Counted from the whole stretch's first letter, positions 1-12,880 are shown. The stretch: DNA of 63,221 nt, filler included, from Octopus bimaculoides (GCF_001194135.2; 3 parts of 2 records of this genome joined end to end with filler, not necessarily neighbours in it), one strand, 5' to 3'. Program-made: numbers and translations. The notes: generated by a model not told the origin, from the sequence alone.

Positions 1-1789
1 CTAAATCACACGCCCATTGTATGTAATGTCCTAGATTATCCCTAAAAAGAAGGTTTTCTGATGGCTGGAATGTCTTTGATGATACATTTGCAGTATCGGG
101 GTTGATTTGGGGCTAAATAACAACAATATTATGGTAAATTTCTATATTAATACCTGCACGATTTTCACTAAGAAAAAAAAACAAAAAATTTGATTTTTTG
201 CATGGAATCAAGTACCCTGACCTCCTAATATGCTGCAAATCTCTTATTTTGGTTCAGAAAAAATTAGGTGGGGGGTTCTCCCTACCAATTCTGGAATGAT
301 TGGAAATTTTCTTTTTTGTTGAATGAATTCTTGTGACCTCCGAATATTGCAAAATTAGGTTACTTAAGGTGAGCCTGGTAACTGATGGTTTTGGGGTTTT
401 GTTGTTTGTAACTTTTGGTGAGCCATGGTGCAACCAACAACCTGGTAAAAATCCCTGACATTAGTTTGATGTGGATGGGTAATATCAAATAATTCAATCA
501 CAACATATTTTTTAATTAAACATGGAAAAAATTGAAATATTATCATCACTTACATGGAAAAATTGAAATATTATCTTTTAGTATTTTATAAGGTAAAATC
601 TTAAATTATTAATTGACACATTATTAATTATCTTATAATAGCAATGCCGGGAAAAATTATGGATTACATGGAAAAATGCAAGCATGAAAAGTTATATTCT
701 TAAGATTATAAACCTGGAAAAGTACAGGACAAGTTATTACACCTGTAAAAGTATATGACAAACTATTACTTCCAGTAAAGTAAAGAATAAGAAAATTTTT
801 TACTTAAAATATTGCAGCTAAAATTAAAGTTTGAATATTAAAACTTATTTTATTATTGTTTACAAATAACACTATACTTATTTAAGTAGAATTTGGCTAA
901 TTTACTACCTTAAATACAGAAAAAAGTGACTCATTAGACAAACTTACAAATAAGATGAACAGTTTTGTACAATAAATGTAAAGAGTGTTTGTCGCCCACC
1001 GCCACTTCACGACCAGTGTTGGTGTATTTATATCCTCGTAACTTAGCTGTTCAGCATAAGAGACCAGTAGAAAAAGTACCAGGCTTAAAAAGAAAATGAG
1101 TTCTGAGATCTATTATTGTGACTAAAATTCCTGAAGGCATGCTCCAGCATGGCCGAGTCTGATGTTTAAAACAAGTAAAAGATAAAAGAAACTATAAAAG
1201 ATACACATACATGTGTGTGTGTATGTATGTGTGTGTGTGTGTGCGTGTGTGTGTGTGTGCATGAGTGTCTGTACGTGCATGTGTGTGACTCATGTACATA
1301 TACAATTACAGAGACATACAGCCACATACTGGGCACAAACAAAACACTTTCCATGGTTGATTGCACACACTTCCCATGGTTAAATATGAGTAGTATTACT
1401 GTGAAAGAGAAGTGAATACATTTGTATTTATTTTGAGTGGTGGTATGTATATAGGAATATGGCCAGGCCATTGAGAATACAGAACACAAGCTTAAAAGTC
1501 TTGTGTGTCAACATACACACACAAACACAAACACACAAAACACAATTAGTTTTAAATGGTTGAACTCCTAGAGCTCCTAAATGATAACATGTATATAGTG
1601 GGTTAAAAAAATACCTTTTGATATAAAAAGGCAACCATATATAATGAATTATTTCATGCTCTCCAGAAGTTTTTAAATTCTTATGCAAGCAACACACATA
1701 TATGTGTACATATGTATCACATGATTGACCAGGCTATCAGATGTTGTTACACATCACTGGTCATAATTCACATTTGCTGTGTTTTAGCC

Positions 1790-1975
1790 TTCAAATAATG
1801 CCACCCCACTGGCTAGGTGAGCTGGCCATCAACCCCCACCTGATCAAAGGGAGATTGGAGCAATGTGAAATACAGTGTTTTGCTCAAGAACACAATGCAC
1901 CACCCAGTCAGGGAATCAAACCTATGATCCAGTAATCGTGACTACAACAGCCTAACCACTAGGCCACATGCCTTC
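1790..1975 (-). mobile_element. tRNA-derived SINE 5' part
   Basis: Reverse complement has A/B-box head (GTGGCCTAGTGGTTAGG ... GGTTTGATTCCC) and the TTCTTGAGCAAAACACT motif shared with 55600-55835. Confidence 0.6.
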
Positions 1976-2005
1976 ATATATATATATATATATATATATA
2001 TAATG

Positions 2006-2057
<52 letters not shown>

Positions 2058-2663
2058 NNNNNNNNNNNNNNNNNNNNNNNNNNNNNNNNNNNNNNNNNNN
2101 NNNNNNNNNNNNNNNNNNNNNNNNNNNNNNNNNNNNNNNNNNNNNNNNNNNNNNNNNNNNNNNNNNNNNNNNNNNNNNNNNNNNNNNNNNNNNNNNNNNN
2201 NNNNNNNNNNNNNNNNNNNNNNNNNNNNNNNNNNNNNNNNNNNNNNNNNNNNNNNNNNNNNNNNNNNNNNNNNNNNNNNNNNNNNNNNNNNNNNNNNNNN
2301 NNNNNNNNNNNNNNNNNNNNNNNNNNNNNNNNNNNNNNNNNNNNNNNNNNNNNNNNNNNNNNNNNNNNNNNNNNNNNNNNNNNNNNNNNNNNNNNNNNNN
2401 NNNNNNNNNNNNNNNNNNNNNNNNNNNNNNNNNNNNNNNNNNNNNNNNNNNNNNNNNNNNNNNNNNNNNNNNNNNNNNNNNNNNNNNNNNNNNNNNNNNN
2501 NNNNNNNNNNNNNNNNNNNNNNNNNNNNNNNNNNNNNNNNNNNNNNNNNNNNNNNNNNNNNNNNNNNNNNNNNNNNNNNNNNNNNNNNNNNNNNNNNNNN
2601 NNNNNNNNNNNNNNNNNNNNNNNNNNNNNNNNNNNNNNNNNNNNNNNNNNNNNNNNNNNNNNG

Positions 2664-2700
<37 letters not shown>

Positions 2701-2719
2701 CATACATACATGCATACAT

Positions 2720-3125
2720 CTCTATCCTTATAAAAAGCAAAGTTTGTTTGTACATTGACCGTTGAAAATGCTAAATGAAATTGATAATATTTCAGGTTTT
2801 TCATGACATTTAAATTAATTTCACCATTCCACAGATAACTATTCACTTATTTTCCAAAACTGGATTGGGTAGAGCTGACTTGGTGGTGTATTGGTTCCTA
2901 TTTCTAGCAATCCATGTACTGTCTATTTCACTGTAATGTCTATGTATCTTTATAAAAGCAAAGTTTGTTTTTACATTGACCATTGAAAACACTAAATAAA
3001 ATTGATAATATTTCAACTTTTTCATGTCATTTAAATTAATTTCACCATTCCACAGATAACTGTGCACTTATTTTCTGAAAACAAAATGGGGGCAGTGGGT
3101 GAGTTAGTGGTGTATTGGCTCCTAT
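2720..3125. repeat. Tandem duplication of an approximately 225-bp unit
   Basis: AAAGCAAAGTTTGTTT.TACATTGACC...TTAATTTCACCATTCCACAGATAACT...GTGGTGTATTGG occurs at about 2720-2900 and again at about 2945-3125, with scattered substitutions. Confidence 0.85.
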
Positions 3126-3753
3126 TTGAGAGTGGGACTATAAAAAATCAGGAGGTACAAGAGGTGAAAATATCTATTTAACCGCTTAATATCTGTAAGA
3201 TTACAGCCATTTCCCAGCCCTCATCATGTAATAGTAATTTCAATGGATAAGAAATTACTCTACATGTCTACACAAATATGTACACTGCATATTGCACATT
3301 ACAATTCTACAACTATAAATCAATGCCCATACAGAGGGCTAATTCTTCAGATCACCAGAACATCATGGTTACACCAAGGAGTTGAATCATCGGTCTAATT
3401 ATGATGTGCTGGTGATTTGATGAGCTAGCATTCTTTATTTGCATTGATTTATGAAGATACAATTGTATTGTATAATGCATACCATGTATGTTGTGTAGAA
3501 TAAATTACATAAACATAGTTTACTATATGCTGAAATTATTATTACATGATGAAAGTTACAAAGCAGCTATAATTCTATGGATATTAAGTGTTTAAATATA
3601 TTTGCCTCTCATGCCTCATAACTTTTTATGGTCTGTATGCTCCTCTTGAAATAATTTCATAGATTAGATCTCATGGAATTCAGCTGCGTAGGACTCTACA
3701 TTATATCCTCTGAATTAGATTATTATGTAGTAAAGTAGCCAGGCCCACTAGAG

Positions 3754-4053
3754 CTGTGCTACTCAAAGTGGTGATCCGTGGACCAGTACCAGTCCGCGAG
3801 CCATCAGCTGCCGTATGTGGCGAGTTTCCAAAAAAGTGAGAAACATTATAAAATGCTTATAAAACGCTCATGTAACATTGTATTATTTGTTTCCAAAATA
3901 AATATAAGGTAAAAATATTGTCAACTTTTATTATATTCATTAGATATATTGTTTCTGGAATAAATTAATATTACTAAGAAATATTACTATTCCCTGGCAC
4001 ATTGGAAAAAAAAAGCTACCAGTACTTCACATCAGATGGTTTGAGAAGCACTG
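3754..4053. mobile_element. 300-bp hAT/Charlie-like MITE
   Basis: TIRs CTGTGCTACTCAAA and TTTGAGAAGCACTG; flanks CACTAGAG and GTTTAGAG resemble a decayed 8-bp TAGA-centred TSD. Confidence 0.7.
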
Positions 4054-4976
4054 GTTTAGAGGATTTTGCAGTGATTACCACAGGATTCAATGAATCTCTA
4101 TATTGCACTACAGATATATACATATGTATGTATGTATGTGTGTGTGTATGTATGTATGTATGTATGTGTGTATGCATGTACATACATACATATGTATGCA
4201 TTTATGCACATATGTATGTATACATGCATGTATGTATATATGTGTGTATATATGTATGTATGTATGTATGTATCAATAGACAGACAGACAGATTGATTGA
4301 TTGATTAAATCTTTAGGCCAAAGCAATCCAAAATGAAAAACAAAAGTGAAAGCAGCAACATTTGAAGTTTTGCCTTGTATTTCTTGGCTGTTTCAGGGTT
4401 ACATCCTCTTTGTCTTAACACATAGGAAGATGGGAGATAGAGAAAAGCGGGTATCTTTACTCAAATATGCAGAACAGTATAGAAACTTTAGCAGATTGGT
4501 GTGATTATCGTAACCAATCTACTTCCTGTAGTCCTTGTAGATTGTTTAATTTGTGATCTAATTTATTATCACAAACTGCTTGACCCAGTCTACTACCCAT
4601 TCATTCATACATCCATCCACACAACACAATATATACATACATACATACATACATACATACACGCACACACATAAATGCATACATATATAATACATATATA
4701 TATATACGTAATACATACATATGTAATATATATATATATATATATATANNNNNNNNNNNNNNNNNNNNNNNNNNNNNNNNNNNNNNNNNNNNNNNNNNNN
4801 NNNNNNNNNNNNNNNNNNNNNNNNNNNNNNNNNNNNNNNNNNNNNNNNNNNNNNNNNNNNNNNNNNNNNNNNNNNNNNNNNNNNNNNNNNNNNNNNNNNN
4901 NNNNNNNNNNNNNNNNNNNNNNNNNNNNNNNNNNNNNNNNNNNNNNNNNNNNNNNNNNNNNNNNNNNNNNNNNNNN

Positions 4977-5034
<58 letters not shown>

Positions 5035-5067
5035 AGAGTGAGAGAGAGAGATAATGGAATGGATTAC

Positions 5068-5404
5068 CTGTTACAAGTATGGCTTTGTTGTTGATGTTCA
5101 GCAACAATTTCTTTATATTCTTGTTAATTAGCAGCAGAATAAGGCTGACTATAATAAGATCCCTTATATGTCTTTGTTGAGGCAACAAACTGTTTGATAG
5201 CCAGTATATGGCCAAAACAGCAGCTAATTTGATCATAAGATACAACTTAGCCTTAGTCTGGGGTAATTCCAATGCAAGAGAACATAAACACAGGTATAAC
5301 AATTCCTTTGTCAAAAATAAGCTCTGAAATGTCTCCATGCTTGCTTCATTGTCAACAGATTTTTCTGCTTGGGAACTGATGCCATCAGCAATTCCTGACA
5401 ACAT
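5068..5404 (-). CDS. First coding exon of a second, diverged SDR9C-type paralog (gene B); remaining exons not visible
   Basis: ATG at 5404, 112 codons plus 1 nt with no stop, hydrophobic N-terminus ending INNKAILVTG, phase-1 donor ACA G|GTAATC at the same codon position as gene A exon 1. Confidence 0.78.
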
Positions 5405-5494
5405 GGTGTGTGGCTGAGTGGGTGAATACGTATATGTGTGACTGTATGTATGTATGCGTATATGTATGTATGTTTGTGTGTATTGCTAACTAAC

Positions 5495-5526
<32 letters not shown>

Positions 5527-6047
5527 CAGATAGATAGATAGATAGATAGATAGATTGATTGATTTGTAATTCACAATTATTGTATGAGATTTAACTTTAA
5601 ATATTCAGTACTTTAAATGTGATCAACAGTGTAGTAAATTAAGAGTGGGAGAGATCAGACAGAGATATTGGTGCTGCTTATTGTTATGACTGAGATGACC
5701 ATACTAGTGATAGATATAACAGGAATATATTGCAGCAAGTTTGTTGCTTGTGTTTCTGTTGGGAGACTAGTTCTGAATGAAGCACAGGCTTCTTTATAAA
5801 TGATTGAGGGGAAATTTTTTAATGTCTCAAAAACGGAATTCCCCGCTAAAATTATTATAGATATATTTTCCAAGAACATAATACCACGTGGTTGCATGGT
5901 GAATTTCGATCCTGGTACACAGNNNNNNNNNNNNNNNNNNNNNNNNNNNNNNNNNNNNNNNNNNNNNNNNNNNNNNNNNNNNNNNNNNNNNNNNNNNNNN
6001 NNNNNNNNNNNNNNNNNNNNNNNNNNNNNNNNNNNNNNNNNNNNNNN

Positions 6048-6473
6048 GGCGGTGGCGGTGGCAGTGGTGGTGGTGGTGGTGGAGATAATGCTGATGATAG
6101 CGGTGGTGGCAGTGGTAGTGATGGTGGTGACACTATGGTGGCAACAGTGGCAGCAGTGGTTGTGGTTGTGTTGGTAGTAGTGGTGGTGATGGTGGTGGTG
6201 GTGTTGGTGGTATTGACAATGGTGACGTAATAATGGATTTGGTCATTTTTGTGTGTAGCAGTAGCAGTGGTGGTGCAATGATGACTGTGGTGATATTGAT
6301 GTTGTAGGCGTGGTTATGCTGGTGATGGTGGTATAGGTTGTGATAGTATTGGTAGTAGTTGTAAGTTTTGTGTGATGATGATGATAATGATGATGATGAT
6401 AATGATGATGATGATAATGATGATGGTGGTAGTAGTGGTGGTATGAAAATGGCAATGGTGGCGACGATGACGG

Positions 6474-6511
<38 letters not shown>

Positions 6512-7205
6512 GTGATGATGATATCGAGGGTGATGATATTGTTTAACGAGTTATTTGTAATGTGTTGTGGGAAATATACAAAATTGTTGGCAGGAGTGGA
6601 GTTAATAAGCAAAGACGGACATTATAATTAATACTTTTTTAATTGTAATTATGATTTTTCTCATATAGATGTGAAGAGTGTTTCTCAAAAGGAATCTATC
6701 AATCCAACCTTGACTATCCTGCCAGGATCATTTGTTTTGTTTTTTTTTTATATTTTCCTATGTGCAAAGATCTCAGGACCACATTTGTCAGCTTTTTTTA
6801 AATGCAATAGTGTGTGATTTAAGGGAGATTTAGCAGCTTTTTTCTAACAGACCAAAGCAACAATATAGAGAGTCCCTCAGCCTGCTAGAAATAGCAGCAA
6901 AAATCTCCATGCACAATCACCTTCATAGGAAAAATGGTAGTGGTATTGATGGCAGAGGCAGCAGCAGTAGCAGCAGCAACGATGGTGGCCATGGTTGTTG
7001 TGGCAGCAGCAGTGGTGGTGGTGGCGGCGGCGACGGCGGTGGTGGCGACGGTGGTGGTAGTGGTGGTGATGGCAGTGGTGGTGGTAGTAGTGGCAGTAGT
7101 GGTGGTGGCAGTGTCAGAGGCGGTGGCGGCAGTGGCGGCAGTGTTGTTGTTGTTGTTGTTGTTGTTGTGGTGGTGGTGGTGGTGGTGGTGGTGGTGGTGA
7201 TGATA
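6048..7205. repeat. (GGT/GAT/GGC)n low-complexity blocks
   Basis: Two trinucleotide-rich blocks (6048-6530, 6935-7205); source of the poly-G/V/P/T/D ORFs. Confidence 0.85.
6824..6908. mobile_element. Tiny hairpin MITE-like repeat
   Basis: GGAGATTTAGCAGC...CTAACAG is inverted to CTGCTAGAAATAGCAGCAAAAATCTCC. Confidence 0.45.
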
Positions 7206-7615
7206 ATTCCTGATCTACAGTTCTTGTTGTAGCTTCTAATATTTGATAGCTTTAGGAGCAACCAGTCCAGTACAGTCCAGTCCACAACAATACATAACAC
7301 ACTGACCTCTTGTAATCAACCATCAATGGTCACTCTACAGACTACTTGATAGTCAGTCATACATAGGTATATTATATATTACAGAGACCACCAGGCAACC
7401 ATTCAGCAAGTTCCTCTGAAGATTTTACTGTAGTAATCCTGTGTTCGACATATTACATCACTTCCACAACCACCACAACTGCCACCACAATCACCACTTT
7501 AGGCCCCACAAATCAAGATACGTATTTAATATTTCAGTTTAGTAATCATATGAGGAAGTAGTTTTTTCTTCCCCAATTTTGACTAATTAGTGTAATGACA
7601 GTCTTGATATATATA

Positions 7616-8456
7616 TTGTGGTGAGTCAAGTTTTGTAATGGTTTGGTAATTTGTTTGCTTTATTCGTCAAGTTACAACAAAAGCAGCCGAGGCTATCATC
7701 TTGCACCATCTGAAGTCACCTTTCAGCCAGTTCTTTGATCCCATCCTGATACCAGTCCTTGCCCTTTGAGGCAAAGAACTTCTTCACTGAAGCTTCCATC
7801 TCTTCTTGGTTGAGGAAGCATCAAAAAAGTGCAGGAAGTGAGCCGTGGATCAGAACAAGTAATACTCCAATGGAGCTAGATGTCCAGGTTACATGCTGGG
7901 TGTGGCATCAGTTTGATTCCTTCAAGTTTCTGGAGTTTATTCTAGATTGTTTGAGTTGCTTGAAGTCTTGCATCATCTTCAGAAGAGCTCGTTTTCTTTT
8001 AACCAATGTCAGGTACTTTTCAATGCACAATGGCATACATCCGATCAAGCTGTTTGAAGGGCAGGTTGGTATCAATGGTCCAATTGCCCAGAATGAATTC
8101 ATAGTGAATTTTCCCTCAATAATTCCACCAGATGCAGAGCATCCCCTTGTGTTTGAAACACCCATGTTTGGGGAAAGGTTCTGAAAGCCGACCCTTGTTT
8201 AACCACTGCTTATGCATGTTAGGATTGCAGAAAAATATCTCCCTCGGATTATTACTTGTTCCAATCCATGGCTCACTTCCTGTGCTCATAACTTCAGTGA
8301 AGGAATTCTTCACCCTGAAGGACAAAAACTGCTATCAGTGTAGGATCAAAGAACTGATAGAAAAGTAGTTTCAGATAGTACAACACGGTGGCTTCTACTT
8401 TGAATGCTAAGCTGCTTTTGTTGTAACTTGACGAATAAAGTTTTGACTCAACACAA
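7616..8456. mobile_element. Fold-back mariner derivative with transposase 3' end on both arms
   Basis: Termini TA-TTGTGGTGAGTCAA and TTGACTCAACACAA-TA. Arms about 7616-7865 and 8250-8456 are inverted copies, with a 30-bp perfect match (7658-7687 vs 8411-8440). The core reads KGMLCIWWN...IHYEF...DDAR...MPHPA on the minus strand, with stops. Confidence 0.85.
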
Positions 8457-8498
<42 letters not shown>

Positions 8499-8504
8499 CA
8501 CACA

Positions 8505-8537
<33 letters not shown>

Positions 8538-9094
8538 TAACAGATAAACAGNNNNNNNNNNNNNNNNNNNNNNNNNNNNNNNNNNNNNNNNNNNNNNNNN
8601 NNNNNNNNNNNNNNNNNNNNNNNNNNNNNNNNNNNNNNNNNNNNNNNNNNNNNNNNNNNNNNNNNNNNNNNNNNNNNNNNNNNNNNNNNNNNNNNNNNNN
8701 NNNNNNNNNNNNNNNNNNNNNNNNNNNNNNNNNNNNNNNNNNNNNNNNNNNNNNNNNNNNNNNNNNNNNNNNNNNNNNNNNNNNNNNNNNNNNNNNNNNN
8801 NNNNNNNNNNNNNNNNNNNNNNNNNNNNNNNNNNNNNNNNNNNNNNNNNNNNNNNNNNNNNNNNNNNNNNNNNNNNNNNNNNNNNNNNNNNNNNACAATG
8901 TAACCTTGTGTATATTGTTGGCGATTCTTTCTTCATCTGACTTCCCTTCTTTGGACTTTCCTATATTTCCTACAAAGAGCTCCGCTTGAAACGTCAAATT
9001 CTCTTTCTTTCCTTTCCTGAGCGTCCAGTAACACAATATCTGTCTCACGTCCTCGCGTTGTTTTTTGTTGTTTTTTTTTGTTGTTTTTCTTTTT

Positions 9095-9456
9095 TGAGTC
9101 TGAGGCCATGTGGGAAGATGAATGGAGGCATAACGTCAGCATCACTAGTGATCATTCCAGACACCATGATGTTGACTAGATGTTTGATTTTTATCACTCT
9201 TGGTACATGTCCTCAGAGTGACACCCAAACACTCTGAAATGTTCATACTGGAGCTTCCAGTGTGAATGCCAAGTATTACAGTATGTCATTTCCAAATTTC
9301 TAGCAGAATGAATTGCATCATGGTGCTGTTTTTCTCACAAACAGTACCCAACTGACACTACTATACTGTACTATATTGCGTAGTCAACAAAGCCAAAAAC
9401 AAACAATGTACTTGTGTGAAATTAAAAATATATATGTACCAATTGCACCCTGTGCA
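9095..9456 (-). mobile_element. Internally deleted Tc1/mariner element, maT(DD37D)-like
   Basis: CAGGGTG-type terminus near 9456, transposase N-terminus (MMQFILLEIWK*HTVILG...) fused directly to VPRVIKIKHLVNIMVSGMITSDADVMPPFIFPHGLRL. The subfamily call rests on motif recall. Confidence 0.7.
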
Positions 9457-9471
9457 TATATATAAATATAA

Positions 9472-9514
<43 letters not shown>

Positions 9515-9775
9515 NNNNNNNNNNNNNNNNNNNNNNNNNNNNNNNNNNNNNNNNNNNNNNNNNNNNNNNNNNNNNNNNNNNNNNNNNNNNNNNNNNNNNN
9601 NNNNNNNNNNNNNNNNNNNNNNNNNNNNNNNNNNNNNNNNNNNNNNNNNNNNNNNNNNNNNNNNNNNNNNNNNNNNNNNNNNNNNNNNNNNNNNNNNNNN
9701 NNNNNNNNNNNNNNNNNNNNNNNNNNNNNNNNNNNNNNNNNNNNNNNNNNNNNNNNNNNNNNNNNNNNNNNNNNN

Positions 9776-9815
<40 letters not shown>

Positions 9816-10179
9816 GGTGTGATGGTTAAATTGTCTCCATGTCAGTGTTATTTTCATTTTTGAGTAATTCAGTTGACAGTTTATTCATCGCCTCCTCTGT
9901 GTGTGTGTATGTATGTATATATATATGTATGTACATATCTGTATCTATCTATATATATATTAATTAAACAATATGAGATTGCCTCATAATAGATTAAAAG
10001 ATAGCACTCTGGGAAAGATATTGTTTCAGGTAATTACTAACATGTAACAATAGATCCGGTTAAAGTGGGGAAAAATTCTTTCACTACTTTCATTCCTCTC
10101 ACATGATTAGAAAAAACTGAATCATTAAAATATTATGGCAATATGTATCCTAATTTGAGAGGCCTAAAAAATAATGTGG

Positions 10180-10299
10180 CAGTGGTGGTGGTGGTGGGGG
10201 ATGAGGCTGGCAGCACCAGTAGTACTGGTAGTGGTGTCGGTGGTAGTAACGGTACCACTGATGATATTGATGACAATGGTGGGCGGGGTAGTTGTGTTT

Positions 10300-10331
<32 letters not shown>

Positions 10332-10530
10332 AGCATTTGTACAATTATGACTGTGGTGTATATTGATGTTGTAGGTGTGGTAGTCGTGGTGGTATTGGTG
10401 GTGGTATTGGTGGTGTAGGTTGTGATGATATTGGTAGTGGTTGTGGTAATTCTAGAGTATAGCTGAAGTGATGATGGTGGTGGTGGTTTTTTGGTGGTGG
10501 TGGCTATGGTGGTGATGTTACTGTTGCTGT
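10180..10530. repeat. (GGT)n low-complexity block sharing a core with 6276-6362
   Basis: Shared ATGACTGTGGTG..TATTGATGTTGTAGG.GTGGT and TAGGTTGTGAT..TATTGGTAGT.GTTGT. Confidence 0.8.
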
Positions 10531-11022
10531 TATGGAACTCCATGTTTTCCTTGATTAAGTGGTAGATCTATAATCAAAGACTTCCCATCAATGACCATTC
10601 ATCTCTTCTTTTCTTATTCTGTCTATTTACAGCTATATCATCTAATGTTCATCTTTATCTTTTACTTGTTTTAATCACTGGACTGTGGCCATATTGAGTC
10701 ATCATCCTGAAGAGTTTAGACAAAAAAATGGAATGCAGTAGTTACTTCAAGTCTGGTACTTATTGCATCTGTCTCTTTTGACTGAGCTGCGAAGTTACAG
10801 GGACATAAACACACCAACACCAGTTGCAGATTTACCAGGATGCCAAGGATTTTTCTCCATTCCAATTAAAAAGAGACCAGATATTATCATATGAAGTGAA
10901 GGAAAGCAAGTGGTAAATCTGGTCCAATTAACACCCTTTAGCATTCCCATTATTCCCTCAAAAGTAATGCTTATTTACTTACATTGTTTTGTAGTAGTCA
11001 GGCATTATTTTGTAGCTTAGAG

Positions 11023-11520
11023 CAGGGGTTTTCAAACTGTGGTCCACAAGGACAAGACAGGGGGTCCGTAGATAGCAAATACTTTTTATGGGTAATTTGA
11101 TTTTATATATGTTTTTTAATCGAAATCTTTTAATTGACAATAAACCTATTTGTTAAATACTGTTAAATAAATAAATGTAAAAATATATGATATTTTAAGG
11201 AAATATTTATGTATAAATTTCATAATTTAAAGGAAGAGACAATGAGCAATGTTTAAAAGAATATTGAATGAAGTCTAGTAATCAGCTTATCTAGCAAGCA
11301 GGGCCACATCTCAGTGGGGGTTGAGGTGGTACCCAATAATTTCATCAAAAGGAAGGCCCTGAAATGATGTGCATTCTCTCCTGGTTACCCATAAGTCTGC
11401 TAGTGTCTGGTATGTCGAGCTTTCGACAGGTAGCCCTTGTATCTGCAAGTTGTTTGCAAATATTATATATATTAGTGGGACCCATGGAAATTCCACGAAA
11501 TGGAAAAAATTAAGAGGACC
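11023..11520. mobile_element. hAT/Charlie-like element, left TIR clear, right end degenerate
   Basis: GCTTAGAG followed by CAGGGGTTTTCAAACTGTGGTCC. The right TIR is only weakly recognisable. Confidence 0.4.
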
Positions 11521-11906
11521 TATTTAAGAAAGAAAGGATGACTTGCATTTTTATAGCATTAATAGTTTAGCTATTTTTAAATACTCTTGACGTTCATTTA
11601 CATTCATTTCCTCACAGTGTTGTCTTTTCCCTCTTTTTATTGTATTTTCTCACTGTTCCTCTCTGATTCGTGCTCTATTCTGTGCATCCTTTCTCAGGCA
11701 GCTTGCAACCATATTTCTTGTGAATCCAGAGTTTAGGCTAAATTAACCCTTATCAACGAATATCAATTTTTTAAGTGAGCAGACAATAAATAATTGCACT
11801 TATGCATATGCAATGATTGTTATAAAAAAAAAATTATTTCAGTAAAAAAAAATACTTTTCACTATCAACATATCACCACCGCCACCACCAATGCTGTCTG
11901 CCTCTT

Positions 11907-11987
<81 letters not shown>

Positions 11988-12198
11988 ACCTTTCCTATCA
12001 GTTAACTTTTAAAGCACATAATAAGCATTCCTTCCCTACCACACTGCATGTCATTAGCACCTTTCTCTCCCTCACGTCATCTTTTTCTCTCATTTTTCAC
12101 CTGTACCTTCAGCTGACCACATGACCATTTGGCCTAAGTGTATTAATATGAATCATCTTTCTCTACTTCTTCCTCTCTTCTTTCTTCACTTCTCCCTC

Positions 12199-12237
<39 letters not shown>

Positions 12238-12312
12238 TACTCCACCTCTCACTCACTGCATCTCCAACTCTAACTAACTAATGTATAACGGGCAAATGAA
12301 CAAGCAGATTAT

Positions 12313-12344
<32 letters not shown>

Positions 12345-12347
<3 letters not shown>

Positions 12348-12653
12348 GATAGGCCTCATGGAGGCAATGACAAATGACCGAGACCATTTCAGATATGCTG
12401 TGCTTAAAACTCGTCAAGTCAAGTGAAAACATAGTCGTGGCCAATGCCAGTGTCATGTAACTGGCACCCATACTGGTGGCACATAAAGGTGTTCATGCCG
12501 GTGGCACATGAAAAGCACCTATTACATTCTTGTAGTGGTTGACTTTCAGCTGTAGAAACCATGCCAAATCAGATTGGAACCTGGTGCAGTTCTCTAGCTT
12601 ACCAGTTCCACTCAAACTGTCTAACCCATACCAGCATGGAAAGCAGATGCTAA

Positions 12654-12698
<45 letters not shown>

Positions 12699-12730
12699 CT
12701 AAATGATGATGCTAAATGATGATGGTGATG
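12345..12730 (+). mobile_element. SINE/LINE-tail family with (GAT)n tail
   Basis: GTAGAAACCATGCCAAA...CCAGCATGGAAAGCAGATGCTAAATGATGAT end is shared with 13420-13525 and, in reverse, 14960-15195. Confidence 0.55.
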
Positions 12731-12880
12731 ATGATATACGATGGGCTTGCACACAGCTTTCTCTGCCAAATTTGCTCACAAGGCATTGGTGGAACCCAAA
12801 ACCACATGGTTATGAACTGAGCTTCTTAACCGTGTACCAAAATTTGAAACCATTAATATTATTATAACTATAACATGTCA

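Noticed and set aside
364-549. DFYQVVGCTMAH...KP....PG as a relic SDR9C last exon of gene B
   Set aside because: Only loose spacing similarity; no good acceptor, no downstream C-terminal helix, and no intervening exons 2-4 found.
5068-5404. Exon B as an alternative first exon of gene A
   Set aside because: It lies downstream of gene A's stop on the transcribed strand, so linear splicing to exons 2-5 is impossible.
6048-7300. Gly/Ser-, Pro/Thr-, His- and Asp-rich ORFs
   Set aside because: Open in most frames on both strands because of trinucleotide low complexity; no unique coding sequence attached.
7759-8184. 141-aa plus-strand ORF
   Set aside because: Antisense shadow of the mariner transposase relic.
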